Source: Moniliella sp. 'wahieum' (lineage: Eukaryota). From it: a DNA stretch of 64,000 nt. The notes beneath the pieces were generated by a model. It saw only the letters and a program-made list of their open reading frames with translations. It searched no databases and had not been told where the DNA came from. This document shows, piece after piece, positions 41,356 to 54,097 of this stretch (the stretch's first letter is position 1; every line of letters begins with the position of its first letter). The DNA lies in contig RSEE01000133.1 in assembly GCA_003971905.1 (NCBI GenBank), positions 62,001-126,000 of the forward strand. The letters run 5' to 3'. Position numbers and translations under genes: made by a program.

Positions 41356-43633
41356 ATGCGCCGGAAGCCCCACCACCACCATCGCCCGCTGCCTCCACCT
41401 CGTGTGCTGTGTGTCGACGATGCCCAGCGCCATGCCCAGCGCCCTCCCCAGCGCCCTCCCGGCCGCCCGCCTCCGCCAGCCCCCCCGCCAGCCCCGCCCG
41501 CTCCCGCTCGGCCAGCACTTCCGCCGATGTGTTTGCGCCCGGCATGTTTGCCCGCCCCGGCGCCCACGCCCCGCGCGCCCGCGCCACCCGCGGCAACTCG
41601 CTCGCCACCCCCGCCGCCCCGCACGCCGCCTCAGCACCCGCCCACATCGCCGCCCCCCCCTCCCTCACCAGCGCCCGCGCCCGCCCCACCCGCCCGTCGC
41701 CCGCACGCCCTCCTGCCCATCATCCCCGCGTCCGTCCCCGCGCCCGCGCCCGCGCCCGAGCCCGCCTTCGACACGCCCGCCGACGCACACTCCCTCCACT
41801 CGGCCAGCATCCACTCCGCTGCCTCCTCCCTCGCCTCGCCCTACCGCGAGTCCGTGGCCATCCCCCGCCGCGCCCGCGCCCGCCCCTAACCCCGGCCCCC
41901 GCCGCCACCGCCGCCACCGCCGCCACCGCCCTGCCCTCGCCCTCGCTCGACGCGTCCAGTGTCCCGCCGACCCCCTCCTCCGACCCGGCCCTCGGCTCCA
42001 CCCACCTGACCCCGCGCGACTTTGGCCGCCGCAGCTCGCGTGCGTCGGGTCCCAAGTCGTCTGCTTCGCCCATCCCCCCCGCGCCCACCCAGCCGCCCGC
42101 TGCGCTCTCCTCCCCGCGCTCGTCCCTCGTGCCCGACTCGCCGGTCCACCGCATCCCCACCCCGCGCTCGCTCGTGCTGCCCCCGGCGCCTGTCGTCGAC
42201 TTTAGCCAGCTCTCTGCCTCCACCTCCTCGCTTCCCGCCGCTCCGGTCACCACCCCGCCTCTCTCCCCCGCCCCGTTGACGGCGTCGAGGCCGGCGTGGC
42301 CAAGCTCGCGCTGTGGGAGCCGTCGCAGAGCACGTCGGCTGGCGCTAGCCGCGCTTCCTCGCCCCTCGTGCCTGCCTCCGACACGGCGTCCGGGCAGGAA
42401 CAGCTGCCTTCCATGGCCACGTTGGGAGAAGCGAGTCGGACGGTGGTGTACAAGGAAAATGGACAGGGGATCAAGTTTGGTCAATTGTTTACCACCCGCA
42501 AGACAGTGGTCATCTTTGCGTCGCAATGGCAATGCCCCCACTTCCAGAACTACGTCAAGACATTGTGCAATGTCAACATGGCTGTCTTGGGCAAGGCTGG
42601 CTACTCGTTGATTGTGCTCGGCCCGGGCCCGGTAGCGGCCATGACCCACTTTCAAGAAACGTTCCCGGTACCCTTTTCGTTGTATGCGGACCCGGACCAG
42701 AGCGTGGCCAAGGTGCTTGGCATGCACGCCTACGTGCCCGACCCTTCGCCGGACCGAGCCGGGAAAAAGGCAAGCAAAACCACGTTGCGTAAAGTCGGTT
42801 TGCTCCATCTGCCCTCGGCGCACCATGGCAGCAGCACCACCCACCCTGCTAGCTGGACCATCCGCCACCCTGTGCTGGGGGGGCAGTTTGTGCTGGGTCC
42901 GGGCCTGCGGTGCAGCTGGGCGCACCGTCTGACGCGTGCGTCGGACTACCGCGAGATCGAAACGGTCTTGTTGGCGGTGGGCGTGACGAATGCCATGTTA
43001 CCGTTGCGGCAACAAATTGATCCGACCGATCGCGCGCGCGCGCCATTGGAAACGGTCGATTACTGGTCAGCTGAAAAACCGTACTACACCAACCCCACCC
43101 CCAACGCCACCCACCAAGTCAAAAAGAACAACTCGAGCGGCTCCTTGGCCCCGCCACCAACCACGGCCTCCCATGGCGCCACAGCCTTGTTGCACGAAAG
43201 CAAACAACGTATCTCGCTCTTGCTCGGTCGCAACAAACAACACCAACACAACACCAACATTCTCCTCCTGCTTCCTCTGTGTCAGGCGCGACGCCGTCCC
43301 TGCCTACGCCCTCCCAGCGTGGCGGACTGGAAAGCGTATCGCACTTTGCCCCAAGCTTGCATAACCCCGATCCCAGTGCCGCTGCTTCCGCCTCCGAGCC
43401 ACCGCCACTTGTTCCTAGCCCTACTAGCCCGCACCCGTGGCGCACGGACGAGGCACGGGTACGGCCCTCGGGCTCGCTGGACCGAGTCGAGTCGCCAACG
43501 GTCGCGTCCGCCGTCACGGGCAATGGCAGTGCTAGTGGTAGTGGTGGCGGTACTGCCCCCAGGCCAGCCGAGTAAAATGTCCATTCGACAACTTACCACC
43601 GCCGCTCTCCAGCCTATGGATACGCAGGACTAA
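41356..43633 (+). CDS. AhpC/TSA-like (PRXL2-type) thioredoxin-fold protein with long Pro/Ser-rich extensions
   Basis: GQGIKFGQLFTTRKTVVIF...YSLIVLGPGP...FSLYADPDQSVAKVLGM...LGGQFVLGPGLRCSWAHRL. The termini are low-complexity and frameshifted. Confidence 0.75.
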
Positions 43634-43754
43634 GCAGGATCCAGGACGACGAATCTATCGTGTCATTCATTGTCGTTCTTTTCCTGCTTCTGCTCGTGCT
43701 TCCGCTCCCGCTTCCGTCTCGCCCACACGCACACAAACATGCACATGCACATAC

Positions 43755-44090
43755 ATCTCCCTTTTACTTTTCTCTTTTTTCGCTACTCTTTTTTCAGGTT
43801 TCCTCTGCCCAAGTGGGCTCTTTGCCTTGGCTCTTTGTCCCGTATACCCTCTCTCTTTCTCTCTTTCTCTTTCTCTTTCTCTTTCTCTCCTCGGATGCAC
43901 CCTATTCCACCCGTTCTCTTCCCCTCCTTTAAGGGGCTCCTGATTACCACTCTTTCCTTTCCACCTTGGATTGCCTATCGTTTCGTTGCGTTTCGTTTCG
44001 TTTCGTTTTCGTTTCGTTTCGTTTCTTTCTTCCTTTCTTCCTTTTTTCTTTTTTCTTTTTCTCTTTTCCTTTTTCTTTTTCCTTCTTGTT
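43755..44090 (+). repeat. Polypyrimidine and microsatellite tract, (CTCTTT)n and (TTTCG)n
   Basis: CT-rich simple repeats read directly, downstream of the AhpC-like gene. Confidence 0.85.
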
Positions 44091-47000
44091 GGTGCCAGTG
44101 CGACCTCCCTGTATACCTGCCCTTTCTTCGTTCCCGCCGCTCGCGCATCGCGTTGCGCTGCGTCCGTTGTTGTTCTTGTAGCCTCGTTCTCGGAGGGGGG
44201 GGGTGGAGGTAGTGGCTGTGGTCGGGGTTGGGATGTGCTTGTCGGTGTGGCGAGGAGGCGGTGAGAGAGGTGGCTGCTTCAGCGGTGGATGCGATGCGGA
44301 TACGGATACGGATACGGATGCGGGTGTGGGGTGTGTATCGAAGCAGGGGGCGGGACGGGTCGGGGGTTGGAACCCTCAGCCAGAAGCGCTACGAACCCTG
44401 CACTGATGGTGTGTACTTTGCGCTCGACACCGGCTCTGTCCCAAACCATCATGCTCTTGGGTCACGGCTCGACGACCACCTCCATCCTTCCTTCGTCTCT
44501 CTGTGTGTCTTCATATACCATTTCTCCACCTTGTGCGCCAAGAGGCCACCACGAAGTGGCTCTGAGTCCATGCATCCCATTTCCCCAGAAGACTCTAGGC
44601 TGGTCGTAACGCAAGTCGAGATAGGGGCAAGAGTCGGGAGAGCGGGAGGTCGCTCCGACGCCACAGGACAGTAGTCGTATACGCCATCCACGCTCTCGTC
44701 CACGTTGGCAGCCAGTCGGGGACACACACTGCAGTACAGTAGAGCCAGATCCTCTTTACTTTCATCCCCATCGTGACCGGGTCCGATGGGTGCATAGAGG
44801 TTCAATGCTTCTTGGGCGCAATTGGCTTGCGTCCGCGGCACGTCATCCTTGCCATATCCGCCCAACCGCGGCAGGCTCAGCCTTGGGGCGTAGGTCTTGT
44901 GGCTCCCGTTTGGCCCGGATACGTTGTGGCCCGAACGGTTGGTGGTCCCCTCTCCCTACTACTACCACTGCAGTACGTGTGGTCTGGTCCGCGTTTCACT
45001 TTGCTTTTTTTGCTTCTCTTCATTGTTTTGAGCACAAACGAACCTCGATCACGCCTTGCTAATACCGTTAAGAGGCACCACCACCAGGGTGGAGGAAGAG
45101 GAAGAGAGGCACCGAACGAGAGTATATAATACTCGTCTGTTCGCTCCTCGATTCGTCTGGCCCAATCCAGCTTCAAGTGGGTACGATAGGGTAGATTATA
45201 ACGATCGTAGTAGTAGTTGGCTTTTATTCGTCGTGCTCCATCTCGGGAGTCGTAAAATGGAGGTCATTGGAATTGAACATCTGACGAAATCTAGTCCCAT
45301 CTCCGATCCTTGTACCATGTGCCGTATCGACCAACGAGGCTATCGACAATGGAGCTCAGCAAACTAAGGAACCGGTAACAGGAGATGGAGATGGGGGAAA
45401 GGATGAGGATCCTATTCATCGAGTGGGAAGAAGGCGAGGTATATATGCCTCGGAGAAGAAGCGAACATGCGAACCAAGTCACACGGAGAAAGAAAAGGGA
45501 GCATAGACAAAGTGGGAAAAACAGGTCTAGAACAATTCAGGGACCAATCAACCTGGTGACGAGAAGTGTGACCAGGTAGGTCTGATCCCGACATAAGGCC
45601 TAAAAGGTCTCGACGGTCGATCGTTTCTTGCTTCGGCATGGCCGCTGTAAGGGAAACTGGTGGCATGCAGAGTGTAGGGCATTGGTTGGCAGCCCTCCCT
45701 CCAGGTCCGGTTCGCTGGGGCTGCCTTCGTTCGGTCCCGATCCGATGCTTTTGCTGGGGGATAAGACAAGGCCGGAATCATGGAAGCAGGGACGTCGGGA
45801 GTCTCTCTTGTCTCTTTTATCCTTTCTCTGTTCTCTTCTCTGTTCTCTTTTCGGTTCTCTTCTCTGTTCTCTTCTCTGTTCTCTCGCCTGGGTATCCCAG
45901 TTGTGCTGCCTCGCTACTCCTCCAGGCAGCCGCATGGACAATGCACAATCCATGGTGCGAAACCATCGAAGACCGATGGGAGGGTTCCTCCAAACGGAAA
46001 GGTCTTCCAACCGGCACCAGTACGCTCTTCTCTGGTCTGAAAACTGAGTAATGGTCTAACTGATTCTCATTGCTACTGCTTTTTTGACTCTTCTTTTGTT
46101 TACCAGTTACTAGTGATACTGATGATCTAATATTTGCGTATACGTTCAACGTTCAACATTCGAGGTTAATGCATGTGTGGCATATCGCATCTTCCTCGCC
46201 GCTCCATCGACCATGCATCGTTCCATGTTTCCCGGTTGGCTTCTGCTCCATGTCCCATTCGGAGGACGTTGCGGTCGGGCCGGGGGACCGGGACGCGCTT
46301 CCGAACGGCCTCTCTTCTTCGCCGGCCTAAAAGTATTACTCTTCTCCCAAGCTTTCGTCAGATAACCCTGCGCATATCCGCCATCTACCAACATTGTCTG
46401 GTCTGAAGCTGGACTGTAGCTGGACTAGCTCCAAGCCTGCAAGCATCTACTGGGCTCGAAAAGCTTGGCAAAGCTGGAAGCTTGACACTGGACATTTGAC
46501 GAATTTGACGAGTGGGTGAGGCGCGTCCCAGGCATGGCGCTGCGAGGGGACGTGCAACGTGCAGGCGTTACGTCTGAGTCTCAGGGCCGAGGGTCTGAGA
46601 TTCTGAGATTCTGAGATTTGAGGAGCAGGCATGTCTGAGGGCAAGGGCGGCGTCCTGACCGGCTGGGCCGGCTGCGACTGGATACTGGGTACTGGGTGTC
46701 GGTGGTGCAGTGGGTGGGTACTGCAGTGTAGTGACTGACTGGGTCGGCTCGGCAAAATCCCAGCCGGCTGGAACACACGGCAACCCGCCGGAACCGACGG
46801 ACATCGGTGGGCGAAGCGATAGATCAGTCTGCCAGATATCAGGGAGGGCGAGGCTGATACTGATGCTGCGCTGATGCATGATGCATGATGCATGATGTCC
46901 TGAGTACTTGACCGAGTACTGATGCCGATCGCCAGCAGCGGCAAGTCGGGAAGCATCCGAAGATGAAGATGAAGATGAAGATGAGGCTGAGCGCGCTGAG

Positions 47001-48812
47001 GCCGGCAGGGGCTTAGGATTATCGCTTCCTAGTTACGCCGTCGTGTCCCCGCTTCTCCTGGTCATAGGGGGGGCGAGGGGAGGCGTGGGGAGGCACTGAT
47101 GGAGAGGCTCAGTTATGACGCGTGAGACCCACGCGCTCACGGTGCAGTTCACCGGTCAGATCTCAGATTTCAGATCTCAGAGCGAACTAGGAACTAGTCA
47201 GTACTCAGTATGTACTTTCCTACGAGTACGTACCCAGGACGCAGTGAGTTACTAGTTGCTAGTTGCTGGTTGGTAGTTACTTGCTAGTCACTAGTAGCTA
47301 GTCACTAGTGAGGATTTGATCTGGCGCGTGGATCAAATTGATGTGCTCCTGAGCGTGTCGCAAGGGTGTGTGGCTTGCTGATTTGTTCGGCCTCAGTTGC
47401 CACGTACCCAGCGTGCAACCCGGCTGAAAGGGGGACGGGCGGAAGGCAGTAGTACGCAGTGGCAGAGGCCGGGTGGGAACGGGTGACTTGGGTATGCGTC
47501 CGCCACCCCTGGGAGAGGCAGGCACGCGATGGCACTTTTTTCTCCTGTTTGGTCGGAATGAAAGCGCGACGGGACATGTCCATGCCAGCGCACAGACGCT
47601 GCAGGGCTGCTTGCTTGGCGGGGGCAGGCCTCGGGGCAAGGCAGGCGACATGGATGAGCACCAGCGCGGGTGGCGGTGGCGCGTCTCTTTGTGGTGCTGC
47701 GCCCTCGCCTCGTGGCAGCTGAGCGCTGACGGGATGGATGACGTCGCACGGGGTTTGTCACGCGAGGTCACGTGGCTGGCCCACCGCCCAAGCCGGCGGG
47801 GTGCGCGCCGAGGCTGCGGGCTGGTGGGTGCGCGTGGCCGGAACGCCATCCGGGCCTCCGCCCGCACCGCGCAGACGCCGCGCAAAGCCATTAAAGGGTT
47901 TGGCCAGGTTTGGCACCCTGTGAGGAGTGCCTGGGACGGTGTGTGCCATGCGCTGTGTCTGCGTCTGCGTCTGTCGCCGCGGCGTCTTTCTCTGTTGATT
48001 GATATGTTGATGTGCCCCCGCATTGCATCGCATCTTTTACACCGCCTCTGCGTCCGCGAGAGGGGTTGTGCGGCCCATGTGACTCTCCATGCCTCTCCAA
48101 GCAATGCAGATTGAATTGAATGGGCGCCCACCGACAAGCCGAGCAGGCGGGCCCTGGTGGCGAGGCCTTAGGGCGTGGACAGAGAGGGGAAGACGGCAGA
48201 GAGCGTGCGGCCTGGCCAGACAAAACGGCACTGGGGCCGCCCACGGGGCGCCCCAAGCGAGGCCATGGCCGCAGAGGCCCCAACGGTGGGGTCCAGCCAG
48301 CCGACGCCGCCCCCCCCGCGCGCAGCCCATGGCGGCCATGGCGGCGGCGGCGGCGGCGGCAGGGTGATTGGGGCGTGCGGGCGGCTGCGAGGCAGACAGA
48401 GCGTGCCTGGCGATAATCGATAGTCGATAGTCCGATGATAGAGTTATCGATAAGCCAGCGCCGGCAGCCGCCCCGACCACCCCGCCCAGGCGTGGCGCCA
48501 GTGTGTGCGCCGCTGCTGCTGCGTGCTGCCTGCCGCCATCTCCGAATCACCGCCCAGCAGACGCGCCCCCGGCCCCCGCACCACACCAGTGTCGCCCCGC
48601 CGCCTCGTGTGATGTCTTCTCTTCTCTGCGCTCTTCCACTCCAGCATTCAGTACTCGGTAAAAGTACGCAAGTACGATGGCCGTGCTTGGATATTAAAGC
48701 CGCTCGCCACCCCTCCTCCCGTCCATCACCATCGCCACCGCCACCGCCACCGCATCCCACCCCCTCCCTTCCTCATCCACCTCCCCCCCCACCCACCGCC
48801 ACCCCCTCCACC

Positions 48813-50913
48813 ATGCCGCTTGAAAACGGCGACCGCACGCTCGGCGTCCGCGACGTGCCCCGCGTGCTGCTGGGCAAGGCGCGCTACCTCACCACCCGCG
48901 ATGCCTGGGTCGGCCGCGGCACCGACTGGAGCGGCCTGCTGATGCCGCGCCTCTGGCCATGGGGCGCAGCCGTGGCGGCGCAACCGCGATGCCGCAATGG
49001 CCATTGTGGCCAACCGGCACAATGGCCGCGCCGACCGCTTCTCCTCGGCCCGCTCCACCTCGAGCATTAGCAAGGGCAGGACATTGTGCCTGCGCCCGAG
49101 GTGGGCCGTCGCAGTACGAGGTCAAGCAGCAAGTCCAGGTCGACAATATCGAAGAGACGCGCGAGGCAGAGGAGAAGGAGGAGATGCCGTTTTATGGCCT
49201 GGACGACGAGTTGCCGCTGCTGATTGCCATCATTGCCGGCTTGCAGCACTGTCTCTCCATGTTGGCTGGTATCATCACCCCGCCCATCATCTTTGCCTCG
49301 TCGCTCCAGCTCGATGGCCACAGCCAGGCGTACCTCGTGTCGGCTGCGCTCATCACCTCGGGCATCCTCTCCGCTGTGCAAATGTCGCGCATCCCACTGC
49401 CGTTCAATCGCCAGCTGGGCACGGGCCTGCTCTCCGTCGTCGGCATCTCCTTCTCCACCTCAGCACGGCCAGCTCCATCTTTAGCAACATGTACAAGGAC
49501 GGCACCTGTCCCACCTCGGTCGCTCCCGACGGCACAGTGACCAAGTTGGCCTGCCCCGACGCGTACGGCTACTTGCTCGGCACGTCGGCCGTGTGGCACT
49601 GATTGAGATCCTCATGTCCAACATCCCCGCCCGCATCATCCAGCGTATGTTCCCACCATCACGACGGGCTCGGTGGTGTTCCTGATTGGGCTGAGCCTGA
49701 TTGGGTCCTCGGCCGCGCCCAACTGGGGCGGCGGATCGAACTGCATGGGCCGGCCTACGGGCGAATACGCCGTCTGCCCACAAGTCGGCGGCGCACCCAC
49801 CACTTTGCCCTGGGGCAGCCCGGCCTACCTCGGCCTCGGCGGCTTGGCTTCCTCCTGATCATCATTACGGAAATCTGGGGGTCGCCCGTGATGCGCAACG
49901 CAAGTATTGTCATTGGTCTTATCTTGCCCCTGGCCGTGGCCGGACCAACGGGCTTCATCTCGCGCCAATCCATCGACTCGGCTCCGGCTATCACTTCCTC
50001 TGGACTACCACATTCAAGTTGCGCGTTTATGGCCCGGCCGTGCTGCCCATGCTGGCTGTCTACTGTGCCTTGGCCGCCGAGGCCGTCGTGACATTACCGC
50101 CTCGAGCGAAGCGTCGCGCAACCAGTGTCGGGCGAACTGTTTGACAAACGTGTCCAAGGTGGTATCCTGTCCGATGGCTTTGGCGGCATTCTGTCGGCTC
50201 TGTTTACGTGCTGCCCCATGTCGGTGTTTGCTCAGGTACGTTGAATTGCCTTTTCTTTTCTTTTCTTTTCTTTCCTTTGATGGCGGAGGATACCAGCACG
50301 TCCCCGAAGGGGATGGGAAATGGGAGATGGGATACTGACGCAAAAGTTACCAGAACAACGGTGTGATTGCGATTACGCGGATCGCCAATCGGCGTGCCGG
50401 GTACTGGTGCTGCTTTGGCTGATCCTGATGGCATCCTGGGCAAGTTTAGTGGCGCGTTGTTGGCCATTCCGAATTCGATTTGGGTGGAGTGACATGTTTC
50501 CTCTTCACGACGGTGGCGGTGAGTGGGTTGAAGATCCTAAGTACCATTCGCTACACGCGCCGGAACCGGTTCATCTTGACGTGTGCACTGTCGTTGGGTT
50601 TATCGATATTTTGTCGGGGGACTTTTTCAGTTACCTATTTGCGGATGTACATTCGTCCAACCGCAGCTTGATGGGTTTCCTCAACTCGATCGTCATCATC
50701 CTCTCCACCCCGTTCCTCCTCTGCGCCATCGTAGGCATCCTCCTCAACATCATCTCCCCAAGGACGTGGAAGATTACGTGGCCGAATACGAATTGCAAGC
50801 ACCCGCCTACCCAGGCCAGAAATTTACCCGCCTACCCAACCCGAGACGAAATCGCTCCCGTCTCCTCCTTCCCGCCCGACATGGCCCGCTCCCTGGACGA
50901 GAAGATGGCATGA
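48813..50913 (+). CDS. NAT/NCS2 purine (xanthine/uric acid) permease, UapA/UapC-like
   Basis: GLQHCLSMLAGIITPP and GTGLLSVVGISF. The NAT signature Q|NNGVIAITR forms across intron 50236-50353; TRRNRFIL follows. Many frameshifts. Confidence 0.93.
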
Positions 50914-52650
50914 TGCCCGGCTCGACTCGGCTTGGGTCCCGTGGGGACTCGGCTCGGCCTCGGCTCGGCTTGGGATGCCAGCTGAGTTGGGTGTCCAGTT
51001 GGCTGGTTGGCGAGCTTCCTAATTTGCTTCCCTCCCCACCTCTCCTGCCCTCCTGCCCCTGCCTGTCGCGGCGAGTGCGATCCGATTCGTTCGCGACGCG
51101 CACGGCGCACCACAGTGTAATTATTAATGGTTACGTTTTTCTGCACGCTCCCTCCACGCTCTACTTTGTGATCAGGAAGGTGAACATCTTGACCAGGCAG
51201 TACTTCCAAGGTAGGAGCATGAATCGGATCGGCATTGGAGTGGATGGATGGATGGGATGGTCGATGGATGGCGGCGACAGAGATGGATGGATGCGTTCGT
51301 TACACGGCCGTCACATTCCCAGTTCCATCCGATCGTTCTATCATCCCGACCTGAACGTCGTGAACATGTGAAGTGTTTGACGCTAGCCACAGTGACTAGT
51401 TGGTAAATGCTAACTAGTACCATGGGGCCCGTCCTGACAATGACTACTCACCGGTGACTAGTGAGGCCAGTGAGCTAGTGGGGCCCCCGCAGGCCTGAGG
51501 CCGCGACGTGATGCATGATGGATGATCGATGATCCGCCGGTGGATAACAATGGTGCATGATATGATCGATGATCCTATTTGGCCGGCGTTGTCCCGCGTG
51601 TGGGGCTAATCGGCGCGCTAATTGCCATCGATAAGCAATCGATCGAATTTCCCCCCTCCACCATCCCCACCTGTCGCCGCCATCGCATCAGCCTCAGGCC
51701 TGAGCCTCAGGCCTCAGGATAGATTAGATGGCGAGTGTGTGTTCCGAGTCGAGAGACGTTAGTGAAGTTAGTGCAAAGCTATTGTTGTGCTTAAAGCTTT
51801 CCAACTTGAAGTTCAAGACGTTCAAGACGTTCAAGACGTTCAAGCAAGCCTCAGGCCCGAGGCGCGAGAAGATAACCGGGATAATCGATAACCGGCCGAA
51901 CCGTGATCGAAAGAGGGCGGATGGAGCCTGGCGGTTCCGAGATCCGAGCTGTGTACGCGCCCAAAGGAGTGGCTTTTCATCTTCTTCTCGACCGACCCAG
52001 ACCATCCCTCCAGATCACACAAGTCACGTGCCCCTGCTTCAAGCTCCTCTCGCCACAGCGCCACAGTAATAATGCCCGGGCGATTGTAGAGGGAGCGAGG
52101 CGCGAGGACGAGGAGCGAGGCGCGAGCCCTCCAGAGCGAGGTGGAGTCGGCCTGGGAGCGCACCGAGTATACTCAGTACGCACAGGCCCCCCACCCAGCC
52201 AGCAGGGGGGGAGTGTGCTTGCTTGCGCCACTTGCCTTGTTACACACACTCGCCCCGCGCGTCCCCTTTTTGCTCTCCCAGCTGGGCAGCCATCGTGAAG
52301 CTTGAATAAGCCTGAAGCTTTTGAGCTCTGAGACTGCAACACCAGCCGTGCTCTCCGTGCTCGGCCGTGCGCCCTCGGCCCTCGCTGCCCTGGCGGAGGA
52401 GAATCGTTCCTGCGACGTCTGAGAGCGGGCGACGGCGGCCGTGGCAAGACATAGGCAACACGCGCGAGTCTGCTATCCGTACTTGAGCTTGATCTCTGCC
52501 AGGTGCCTGCAGCCATCGCTCGCGGCCCTGGTGGGGACAACGACCTTGGTGGGCGGCGGCCGAAGGGCTTGGAAAAGGCAAGAGGCTCAATGGGATCGGC
52601 GGAGGGTGCCAACCAACAGCAGTAAGTATACCCGCGATGCATGGCGCAAC

Positions 52651-52808
52651 TGTTGACATCCGTCCTAGGACCGCGCGGACCCTGAGTCACGTGAGTCAGC
52701 TTTCATTCCTTCCGAGCTCGCACCAGTCTTCTGGACGAGTCAGTCGCAGAGCTTCTTAGTCCATACGACGTTCAGTGCTCACATTCTGTGGTAGTAGCGA
52801 GGCCGACA
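52651..52808 (+). repeat. 5' LTR (158 bp)
   Basis: Matches the 3' LTR apart from three single-base homopolymer deletions. Confidence 0.97.
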
Positions 52809-52862
52809 GAGTTACATCCTTATCTGCTCATCCCTGAGCTGGCCAAAACTACACCCACAACC

Positions 52863-54097
52863 ATGGGCGCCAACGCTAACACCGATCTCTCGGTCAGCGA
52901 CACCACAATGGTGAACAAGCGCGATTACTGGACACCAACCGGTCGCGATCCGCCACCGATTGGCACCGACAACGAGGAACTCATGATGCTTTGCGCCGAA
53001 GCGCACCTGTGGTTCAAGAAGACGAACGACATCGATGTCGTTAAGAAGATCACAGAGCTATACACGACAGAGCCGAGGCTGGATGGAAGACGAACCTACG
53101 TCTATCACGACAAACTGGGTTCGACGGGCTAACGAATTTGTGGTGCAAAACATCCACCAAATGGAAACTCAACCCAACAACTTTGGGGGCACCTACAGGC
53201 GCAGCCTCGCGACCCGAGTACGACCTTTACAGATCACTACGCGAGTCTCCCACCAAGAATATCAAGTGGCCTGATCTGAACAAAGACCCGTCCGCCTACA
53301 GCGCTGGAAGACGATTTCTCTTCGCGATAACAGATGCCCACCCCCACGCAAGCGACGTCGTCCAGAATGGTCGCAGCTCCCGCTACTTCACCGAGGACCT
53401 CGACAGACGCTTGCACAACCTTCTTAGGGAAGCCATGCCGTCAACCCTCTTCCGGACGATCCGCACCCACCACGAAATATCATGCACCCAGGACACGCTG
53501 AACATGCTGCGTCAGCGGTATGGATATACGCCTACCGCAAACAGAGGGCCTCTACTCATTCGCTACTTTTCGGCCGACCAAGGAAACCGATCGGGTCGAG
53601 ACTACCTCGACTACATGGAAGAGATCAGTGCAAGCCTGACGCGAGCGGGCATCCCACTTACGGAAGAGCAGGAACGCACTGGGATCCTACTCGGCTTACG
53701 CGACATGAGCATTCGCCAGCGTGAAGAGCGCTCGAGTCTAGACAAGTTACGGCAGGCCGTGATGGACATACCAGCCGCCACGTATCCCGGTGGAGAAAGG
53801 AAGAGAAACGGAGGCAAGCCGGTCAACGGAGGAACGCCTTGGACTCGACCCGACAGCGGGGGACGACCCACCAGCGGGGGAAAAAACTCCAGCGGGGGCA
53901 AAGCCGGCGACGACAACCTCGCGGACACAAAGACCAAGGGGCAAGACCGCACCAACCAACCCTGGCGCAGCGCGACGTCTAATAAACCTGTTGTCCCTCC
54001 GCGCAACCCAGGCCGAGCCAACGCTCACGTCGCTCAGAGAGCGAGCTCTCCCGAGTCTGAAGTGATTGACGTTGATGCGGGCACAGCTGACTACTAG
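52863..54097 (+). CDS. gag: Retrotransposon Gag
   Basis: ATG 52863, PRLDG...NW motif and a UBN2-like helical region (YLDYMEEISASLTRAGIPLTEEQERTGILLGL). Two apparent frameshifts near 53105-53190. Ends at TAG 54095-54097. Confidence 0.8.

Noticed and set aside
44449..44865. Cys-containing 138-aa minus-strand ORF
   Set aside because: No ATG start, signal peptide or recognisable domain. It could be an exon of an orphan gene but I cannot support it.
45600..46051. ORFs with REQR or LLCS repeats
   Set aside because: They arise from a 12-bp CT-rich tandem repeat at about 45826-45884, with no other coding evidence.
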